Of a DNA stretch of 32,209 bases, positions 26,135-32,209 are shown in pieces. Origin of the DNA: a virus (Duplodnaviria > Caudoviricetes); the IMG/VR virus record IMGVR_UViG_3300017705_000119, positions 1 through 32,209 of that record; one strand, given 5' to 3'. Position 1 is the stretch's first letter. Every line of letters starts with the position of its first letter. Position numbers and translations under genes: made by a program. The notes under the pieces are model-generated. The model searched no databases. It was not told the origin of the DNA and saw nothing but the letters and a program-made list of their open reading frames with translations.

Positions 26135-26763
26135 TAAAAGTCAGCGCCACTAAAGACGTCGGCTGCTGGTGCTTCCTCCACACCTGCGTATCCGTCTTCA
26201 GCGTCAAACAATTTTTCACCCATGTCACCGCCTGGTGTGTAGGTCTTAAGGTCGATGAGCTGCACAATCTTCATACGAAGTGTCATCCCAACTTTACCTG
26301 CGATGTTCCAGCAGTATGGCTCAAAGGCGATACGTAATACTGAACCACCACCCACCTTATCGACGGGCTTTTGGATTGGTTGGTTTTGTGCTGACTTCCA
26401 GACAAGGGAGTTTATCCATGTATCACCGGTCTTACTATTCTTACCATCTGCCTTAAGCTTAAACTTAAAAGCAGTCTCACCAGTAGGTTCCTGGGTGTCC
26501 TTATCCAATACCTCTGAGTAAGGTATAGCATCATGCTTCTTAAGCTTGCGGCCTTCCTGCTCGGAGAAACGCTTTAGTTCAGCGTTGTGAAAAGCTTCAA
26601 GACTTGCTTGGAACTTAGCACTGTCCTCGACAGATGGAATAAGTTGAACCTTGTACTCAGGAGCGTTGCCGTATTTAGCGGCGTACTCATGGTCCGGTTC
26701 GTTAAGGTAAGGGAAACGTGCAACGCCTCGAGGGCTTGCTTGAAGATTATGTTTTGCGCTCAT
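26134..26763 (-). CDS. Single-stranded DNA-binding protein (gp2.5-like)
   Basis: P.G.A.FPYL.EPD, FKFK.KA, GGGS, G..LR...VQ.IDL, acidic tail ending in Phe; AGGAG RBS. Confidence 0.92.
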   Translation of the reverse strand: MSAKHNLQASPRGVARFPYLNEPDHEYAAKYGNAPEYKVQLIPSVEDSAKFQASLEAFHNAELKRFSEQEGRKLKKHDAIPYSEVLDKDTQEPTGETAFKFKLKADGKNSKTGDTWINSLVWKSAQNQPIQKPVDKVGGGSVLRIAFEPYCWNIAGKVGMTLRMKIVQLIDLKTYTPGGDMGEKLFDAEDGYAGVEEAPAADVFSGADF

Positions 26764-26772
26764 GTGTAACTC

Positions 26773-29133
26773 CTAGTTAAAGAAATAGAGAGAATTAAAA
26801 ACCGAAGATGGGAGCATATTTCCAAGCTTCGGGGGTTGCGGAAGGTCAACTCCCGTCAACTGTTCACACAATTCGGCGCGGAACTCAGCGAGTACATCCC
26901 TATCAAAAAGAGACGAGGCTGATTCTCGGACGGCTTGAGCTAGTTGAGGTAAATCTGCGGCGTGACACCCGTAACTATCGTGCACCATTGAGAAGTGCGT
27001 TACGTCTGTTGCATTACAAATTGTCTCTACCATTAAAGCTGCGTCGAAAGAGTGTGTGAAGTTTGCAGTTATAGTTTGTCGTTGTCTACGACTGCTTATG
27101 ACCGGAGTAGGTTCCTGGACATAAGATACATGATAGCGTTGCCCAAGATTAGTTCTGACCTTTCTTGCGTTTTTCTTAAAATAAAGGTTAGTGACTTCAA
27201 GCCCCGTTGGAACGGTCCATGTGATGGGTTTGGCCTGTTGAGTAGCGAGTGTTGCGCATAGTTGGAGGTAGTCCTTACCCTCTAAGACTGCTGGTATGTG
27301 GTCAGGCAGCACCTTCCAAAGAAGTTGAGCAAGATAGTTGGCGCCAACAAAGTCGTTCTTCCAGTTAGGAACAAGGCCATCTTCACGCTGCTTCTGAAGC
27401 CAGTCAAAGATAGTTCGAGAGACACCTTGTAGCGTAGCCGAGTAAGGCACAATCATTACGGCACCCTTGACGGTGCTTCGGTCAATGCCTATGCGCCGCC
27501 ACTCTTGTGAGTAGAAACCATCATCTAGTTTACTGATAACATCATCAGCTACAGCTCGGTATAAGTCCTGTGGGGTCTCAGAGTACGTGCAGTTAGTTGC
27601 TACACCTGTGTATTCATCTCTCCGAATCAATGCCCAAATCTGACAGCCATTATTTGTACCATCAACATGGCATGGTAGGTAACTCGGAGTCTTTGGTTCG
27701 CAAAGGATAGAGTGGTATTCGATAAGCCAAGCTAAGAACTGGAAGGGTTCTTTAGCATCAACCCAAAAGCTCATGTAGTTTAATGGGTCATGCCCGGCGT
27801 TGAAGATAAGCTTTGTGTTTTCCTCAACCCATGCAACACGCTCATCAAGAGTTAAACTAGAGTGACCATAGTGGTTGGCACCCTTCACCTTGTAAGCCTT
27901 GAAGTGTTCTTCTTCAGTAAGTGGTTTACCTTTAGAGAACTGAAGGAGACCTCGAGATAAATCATCTCCTTGGTTGTTTAGTCCAACCGGTACGGAATAC
28001 ATCCGACCTCTGAAGTCTAACTGTTGAGGTAAGAAGAACTCTGATACTGAACTGAACTCCTCTGCTTGTTGAATGAGTCGAGCAACAGTTAGCTTCCTGG
28101 TCTTCATCTTATTGTTTGTTGCAATAACACGTGCCTTCTCCGCACCATATTGTTTACGTGCTTCCACGTTAGTGCTGATGTCTGTTGGTACTGTTGGGAA
28201 AGGGATAGGTTCACGCATAGGTAAACCAGTGACGGGGATGTTGTTCTTGTATAAGTGTTGAACCACTTCAAGCATACGTCCATTGACTGACCAGCCGGTG
28301 TCCTGCACTCGGTTGATAGCGTCATAAACTTTAGGCATTGCCTCCGGTGTAAACTTAGAGAGGTCACGTTGTGACTTAACAAGTGTAAGTGGTGTGTCAA
28401 TGTAGCCACCAACATCCGGTGCACCCCACGACAACGGTTGAACAACCATTGGTGTGTACAGTGGGCGCAACTCCTCACGAAAACCATGAGCCTTCTCTAG
28501 CCAATCAACCATCGCATCAGTAGGAACAACCACGCTGCGGTTACGGTTACGCCTTGCGTCATAGCTGGTCTGCACTTCGACAACACCAGTTGACTTAATG
28601 AACAACTCAAGGCCGACAACACCGGCCCTTATCTTTTCATCAATAGTCCATGCGTTACTTTCAATGTTGATTGCCTTACGTAGAGCACCAAGTAAGAACT
28701 CACCTTGGCGTCTGCTGCCTCGGTCAGTCCATGTTGACTTCTGAATGAGTCTAAATGTTTTAGGGTCTTGAATGCGGAAGGCTTCAAGTCGTGCCTCTTG
28801 TGACAGTGCGGTGCCTATTGAAAGATGCAGAGCAGTGATTGATTTAGCAGTGGTGATTGAGTTAAGTACCGCACGACTGATAAGTAGAGCAGTAGTCTGA
28901 GAAGGTAAGGCAGACATTAGTGGTAAAGCGGCGTGACCTCTGCCAGCTCTACGTCCGGCGTGTTCTTTCCATTCGTCTAACTCTTGTTCTACAAAGGGAG
29001 TCAACCGAGACAACGAAAGACGGCCAACAGCAGTCTCTGTTTCTTCTTCATTCTCCTTATAGTGGCTAACTGTGGTGCGGTACCTATGCTTTGCCTTATC
29101 CTTAGCAGCTTGTTCTAGTTCTATTTCGTCCAT
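26773..29133 (-). CDS. Single-subunit DNA-dependent RNA polymerase (gp1-like)
   Basis: PMVV.P..W, DFRGRMY, QGDDLSRGLLQF, PFQFLA, VDGTNNG.Q (motif A), R..VK..VM..PY (motif B), NFTHSFDA, VHDSYG (motif C); start set at MDEIELEQ (ATG 29133). Confidence 0.97.
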   Translation of the reverse strand: MDEIELEQAAKDKAKHRYRTTVSHYKENEEETETAVGRLSLSRLTPFVEQELDEWKEHAGRRAGRGHAALPLMSALPSQTTALLISRAVLNSITTAKSITALHLSIGTALSQEARLEAFRIQDPKTFRLIQKSTWTDRGSRRQGEFLLGALRKAINIESNAWTIDEKIRAGVVGLELFIKSTGVVEVQTSYDARRNRNRSVVVPTDAMVDWLEKAHGFREELRPLYTPMVVQPLSWGAPDVGGYIDTPLTLVKSQRDLSKFTPEAMPKVYDAINRVQDTGWSVNGRMLEVVQHLYKNNIPVTGLPMREPIPFPTVPTDISTNVEARKQYGAEKARVIATNNKMKTRKLTVARLIQQAEEFSSVSEFFLPQQLDFRGRMYSVPVGLNNQGDDLSRGLLQFSKGKPLTEEEHFKAYKVKGANHYGHSSLTLDERVAWVEENTKLIFNAGHDPLNYMSFWVDAKEPFQFLAWLIEYHSILCEPKTPSYLPCHVDGTNNGCQIWALIRRDEYTGVATNCTYSETPQDLYRAVADDVISKLDDGFYSQEWRRIGIDRSTVKGAVMIVPYSATLQGVSRTIFDWLQKQREDGLVPNWKNDFVGANYLAQLLWKVLPDHIPAVLEGKDYLQLCATLATQQAKPITWTVPTGLEVTNLYFKKNARKVRTNLGQRYHVSYVQEPTPVISSRRQRQTITANFTHSFDAALMVETICNATDVTHFSMVHDSYGCHAADLPQLAQAVRESASSLFDRDVLAEFRAELCEQLTGVDLPQPPKLGNMLPSSVFNSLYFFN

Positions 29134-29220
29134 GATGTTTAGCCACATACTCTGCCACAAAAGTGGCCACACTTGCCGCAAAATGGTAGCGGCTGTGGAT
29201 TAAGTGTCTGGTGTAGTTGT

Positions 29221-29383
29221 GAGAAAAAAGTGTGGCGTGTGGCTGATACAGGTACCTGAAACCTGCGCGTATACCAATTCCGCCACCTGGGCCCATAGAA
29301 ACCACCACTTTCTGAGTGTTCCATGGTGTGATGACCACTGGTATAGGCCACATCAGCCACACAATTACCACACTTTTTATCTC
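29221..29383. repeat. Bipartite inverted repeat flanking the tRNA fragment
   Basis: AAAAAGTGTGG (29225-29235) and GTGTGGCTGAT (29237-29247) are exact reverse complements of CCACACTTTTT (29368-29378) and ATCAGCCACAC (29352-29362). Confidence 0.9.
29248..29292 (-). other. 5' half of tRNA-Leu(CAG); att core, not a full tRNA
   Basis: GCCCAGG-TG-GCGGAATTGGTATACGC-G-CAGGT-TTCAGGT-ACCTG-T: acceptor 5' strand, D arm, anticodon arm with CAG; no variable arm, T arm or 3' acceptor strand follows. Confidence 0.88.
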
Positions 29384-29400
29384 TGAGTAACATTAGTTAT

Positions 29401-30444
29401 TTATGCCAGTGCATCTAGTTTTTGAATGGCCATAACTGAGTTCAGTGGGCTTAGGTGACTGTAACGTAGAGTTGTTTTTATATCTACGTGACCAGCCAAG
29501 TTAGCAACCACTGGTAGACTCTCACCATGCTGCACTAAGAGGCTACAGAACGTATGTCGGCACGTGTGCCAGATGAAGTCTTTATCTTCATGCTTACCTA
29601 GGATTTTCCTAAGACGCTCCCAGGCGGAACGGCAGGTGCTCTTAGAGAGACGAGTAAACGGCCCGTCTTGTTGGTACTGAACGTCCACCCCACGTGGATA
29701 GACTGCATTGAATGCTCGTCGTGTCAGTGGGATGGTACGGTCTGGGCTACTGGTATGTTTACCACCATGTATGAATACAGCATGGTCATCTCCCCATGGG
29801 CGTATGTCCTTAAACTCAATGGTCAATGCTTCCATCAACCGAAGGCCAGTGTCGCACATGAATTGAAAGAGCCGGGCATAGTCCCCGTCACCAAGTGTGT
29901 TAAAGGCAGTGACGATTTTCTCTTGCTCCGGCATACTGTAATAACTGATACGAGTTAAGCGTTCCGGCCTACGTTCTATCGCAGGACGCCGACGAACCCA
30001 ACCACGTTTATAAGCATGTCGAAATAAAACAGACAGGCAGCTTAACTTTCTGTTTATCGTGCCATCAGCTTTGCCCTTCTCTCGGAGATGTAAGACAAAG
30101 TTATCAATACTAACTTCATCTATTTCATCCATCTTCTTAAGTGGGCCAAAGTAATCCACCAGAGCGTGAGTGTTAAGTACAGCAGTACGTTCCCCACGTT
30201 GACCGGACCAACGGTGTGTTACCACATCGTCGATACAGTCTTGTAATGTTTTACCTTGGCTACGTGCCTTGTAGACTCGCATGTCTACGGTCTTACCATT
30301 CATAACATCAGCTTCAGTCTTGGCTGCCCAAGCTTCAGCATCATGCTCAGTCTTGAATGATTTTCTTAAGCGGCCGTTAGGTAAGCTCGAGTGTCTTACT
30401 TGAGCTTCCCAACTGTTGCCGCGTGGTGTTACTGATTTAGTCAA
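29401..30444 (-). CDS. int: Tyrosine recombinase / integrase
   Basis: N-terminal arm-binding-like segment (RGNSWEAQVR...KSFKT...AEAW), TINRKLS, TGLR..E, HTCRHTF, LAGH..I.TT.RY; AGGAGG RBS before TTG start. Confidence 0.95.
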   Translation of the reverse strand: MTKSVTPRGNSWEAQVRHSSLPNGRLRKSFKTEHDAEAWAAKTEADVMNGKTVDMRVYKARSQGKTLQDCIDDVVTHRWSGQRGERTAVLNTHALVDYFGPLKKMDEIDEVSIDNFVLHLREKGKADGTINRKLSCLSVLFRHAYKRGWVRRRPAIERRPERLTRISYYSMPEQEKIVTAFNTLGDGDYARLFQFMCDTGLRLMEALTIEFKDIRPWGDDHAVFIHGGKHTSSPDRTIPLTRRAFNAVYPRGVDVQYQQDGPFTRLSKSTCRSAWERLRKILGKHEDKDFIWHTCRHTFCSLLVQHGESLPVVANLAGHVDIKTTLRYSHLSPLNSVMAIQKLDALA

Positions 30445-30470
30445 CTTGTCCTCCTGTGTTGTGATGTGTG

Positions 30471-30499
30471 TTTTTAATGTTGTGGGGGTGGGATTTCAA
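30471..30499 (-). promoter_or_regulatory. Possible sigma70 promoter for int
   Basis: TTGAAA-17 nt-TAAAAA in the intergenic region; the -10 box is imperfect. Confidence 0.25.
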
Positions 30500-30508
30500 T
30501 ACCCTTAT

Positions 30509-30955
30509 TTATTTTAATGGTATTCCATCTAGAAGTACCTTCACACGTTGAACGTAGGGTTCAGTTGCCTTCTTCTGAGGGCCACGAGGGCCACCGTTGA
30601 AGGTAGCTGCAAGGTGCTCTACGTTATCCATTGGGTTCAACCACTGACCATAAGCCCAGCGTTGAAAGTAGGCATCAGCTATACGACGGGCATACTTAAC
30701 GTCTTTAACGTCTTGGAATACCCCAGCTATCCTATCATCATATTCTACAGCGTCATACCAGAAGGCGTATGTTATCTGCAGTGGGCCATACTCATTGAAT
30801 GAGCCACGTGCATTAGCTGGGTTACGGTGTCCTCCAGTCTCTACTTCCTGAATAACTTGCAGGAACGTGAGTTGGTCTTGAGTTAGGAATGAGTGAGCCT
30901 CCGGTTTAGAACATGATGAGGCTATGAGAATTAAAATTATGAAGATGTGTTTCAT
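30509..30955 (-). CDS. Lysozyme-like (i-type/destabilase or SLT-like) muralytic protein with lipoprotein-like signal
   Basis: MKHIFIILILIASS-C signal; VETGG (candidate catalytic Glu), GPLQI..FW.DA, A..FNGGPRG, Y..RV. Confidence 0.75.
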   Translation of the reverse strand: MKHIFIILILIASSCSKPEAHSFLTQDQLTFLQVIQEVETGGHRNPANARGSFNEYGPLQITYAFWYDAVEYDDRIAGVFQDVKDVKYARRIADAYFQRWAYGQWLNPMDNVEHLAATFNGGPRGPQKKATEPYVQRVKVLLDGIPLK

Positions 30956-31320
30956 TGTGTTTTGTTTTTAGTTAGGTAGTGAGTTGCACTGTTGTGTGAA
31001 TTTGCCTTAAGGGTGGCGCATCCAGTTGAACAAGTGCGGTAATGTGTTGGCCCATTGAAGGACCGGTGGCAGACGTCACATCTTTTTGGATAGATAGCGA
31101 TGTCTTCCACTTCTACGAGGGCACAGTTTGGGCAAGGTGAAGATGCAGCAAGCTGCTTACAATCAGAGCACTTAACAACAGGTACTTCTACCCAACTGCC
31201 ATCGAACTCATCATCCGGATTTTCAACAGGCACTAAGCATGTATTCTCTCCGGCCTTCCACATAGCACCAGCTAAGACGATGCTACGTGGTCCTCGCCCT
31301 ATTGGGCTATTCTTCTTCAT
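30952..31320 (-). CDS. Early Cys-rich putative zinc-finger protein
   Basis: CSDC, CPNC, CDVC, CSTGC pairs; ATGA coupling to the next gene. Confidence 0.65.
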   Translation of the reverse strand: MKKNSPIGRGPRSIVLAGAMWKAGENTCLVPVENPDDEFDGSWVEVPVVKCSDCKQLAASSPCPNCALVEVEDIAIYPKRCDVCHRSFNGPTHYRTCSTGCATLKANSHNSATHYLTKNKTQ

Positions 31321-31510
31321 CAGCCTCGACAGTTGTTAGAGCTGTTGTTAAGTCACTCAGTCTAATTTGCTGGCTCGGGTAGATGTCCTCGAGTGGGAGC
31401 TTGTTAGCTTTTAGTAGCTGATATTCAGCATCCTTTAAGGAGCAGATTGTAGCCTCGTCATGCCACGTGGTGCCCCTATCATCGACGGTTACGACTATGA
31501 GCTGTACCAT
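31307..31510 (-). CDS. Early hypothetical protein
   Basis: 67 aa, TAATG coupling with the upstream gene. Confidence 0.6.
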   Translation of the reverse strand: MVQLIVVTVDDRGTTWHDEATICSLKDAEYQLLKANKLPLEDIYPSQQIRLSDLTTALTTVEADEEE

Positions 31511-31740
31511 TAGTCCATGTATTGGTTAATCTTAACGGCAGCAAACAGTCCGGTTATAAAGATAGCCATCTGTTTCTTGGTTAAGCCGGGAGTTAAGTGC
31601 ACCTTACCACGACGAAGACGCACGAGGCCGTCTCCCCAGTCAGTGATAAAGCTAGAGTTAGAGATGTAGGCAAGTTGAGTAAGTGCCTCCTCGATGTTGG
31701 CCTTTGATGGCCTATCAATTAAGTGAAAGTGTGATGTCAT
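31510..31740 (-). CDS. Early hypothetical protein
   Basis: 76 aa, tightly packed in the early gene string, A-rich leader. Confidence 0.6.
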   Translation of the reverse strand: MTSHFHLIDRPSKANIEEALTQLAYISNSSFITDWGDGLVRLRRGKVHLTPGLTKKQMAIFITGLFAAVKINQYMD

Positions 31741-31741
31741 T

Positions 31742-31831
31742 TTATTTTATTATTAGGGAAGCTAAGGTAGCTATGATGATGAGCCCCAGTATTACCTGGA
31801 GCTCCTCCTTATCCGGTGTGTAGTCAGTCAC
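31742..31831 (-). CDS. 29-aa single-pass membrane peptide
   Basis: GTG start overlapping the upstream TAG; MTDYTPDKEELQVILGLIIIATLASLIIK; fills the gap exactly. Confidence 0.5.
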   Translation of the reverse strand: MTDYTPDKEELQVILGLIIIATLASLIIK

Positions 31832-32064
31832 TATGCTAGTGAGTCACCCCGGGGATTTTGCGTTGAGTAGTGCGCCTCGTCCGAGCCGTAGCGCTTGCCA
31901 CCGTCCGGCTTTAGTAGGCGTCTACGTGCTCGCTTGTAGAGCTCGAGGCAGCAGTGTGTCTCGAATGCGTTAGGGCCAAAGGTACGGTATGCTGATGCAA
32001 AGGCATCACCGAGTGCTAATGATGTCTCATGTAGCTGGATTTCTTTTATTGTGGTGTCTGTCAA
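31831..32064 (-). CDS. Early hypothetical protein
   Basis: 77 aa, TTG start a few bases after the upstream stop. Confidence 0.5.
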   Translation of the reverse strand: MTDTTIKEIQLHETSLALGDAFASAYRTFGPNAFETHCCLELYKRARRRLLKPDGGKRYGSDEAHYSTQNPRGDSLA

Positions 32065-32068
32065 AGTA

Positions 32069-32209
32069 TTATTTTGTGTTAGGTTTAGATGGTATCGCTA
32101 CCGTTATTAGTTGCTCTTGAATCGAGCCGCTGGTCTTAGAGATTTTAAGCCAGTGTGCTGGGCATAAGTGATATATGCCTAGTTTTCTATCTGCTACCGA
32201 GATGTAGTC
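32069..32209 (-). CDS. 3' end of an early hypothetical gene (truncated by window)
   Basis: Open frame from the window edge to TAA at 32071-32069 (…DYISVADRKLGIYHLCPAHWLK…PNTK). Confidence 0.45.
   Translation of the reverse strand, partial: DYISVADRKLGIYHLCPAHWLKISKTSGSIQEQLITVAIPSKPNTK

Larger units (their letters stand above)
29142..29383. mobile_element. Putative attP region (tRNA-derived core plus flanking repeats)
   Basis: Non-coding spacer immediately downstream of the integrase holding a tRNA fragment and multiple GCCACA repeats; same position as attP in temperate marine T7-like phages. Confidence 0.75.

Noticed and set aside
2863-26772. Repeated T7-style 23-bp phage promoters
   Set aside because: Could not identify a shared consensus among intergenic regions by eye; needs a MEME search
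29200-29292. Complete phage tRNA-Leu gene
   Set aside because: No variable arm, TTC-containing T arm or complementary acceptor strand follows the anticodon stem
29142-29372. Mini-CRISPR array
   Set aside because: Repeats are 6-11 bp, in mixed orientation, without regular spacers
29102-29393. Three short ORFs in the int-RNAP spacer and the 16-aa RNAP N-terminal extension
   Set aside because: They run across the tRNA fragment and repeats and have no protein-like motifs
542-31339. Other plus-strand ORFs and nested minus-strand ORFs in the track
   Set aside because: Shadows of well-supported minus-strand genes, with no motifs

Overview
Most of the genome of a T7-like podovirus (Autographiviridae-type), encoded almost entirely on the minus strand. 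From right to left it carries small early genes, a lipoprotein with a lysozyme-like fold, a tyrosine integrase, an intact attP-like intergenic region, single-subunit RNA polymerase, SSB, a RusA-like resolvase, primase/helicase, family A DNA polymerase, exonuclease, portal, scaffold, major capsid, tail tubes A/B, internal (ejection) proteins, tail fibre module, a membrane/lipoprotein cluster and the start of the small terminase. The phage appears temperate and is in its non-integrated configuration. Highlights: (1) the int-RNAP spacer holds the 5' half of a tRNA-Leu(CAG) bracketed by long inverted repeats that would be separated on integration; (2) the 2109-aa ejection protein is built from modules delimited by four LFQ motifs, one module being an HExxH metallopeptidase; (3) a lone antisense HExxH protease gene shares a CATG palindrome with the terminase start; (4) GATC appears to be absent. 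All calls come from motif recognition and synteny by eye; no searches were run.
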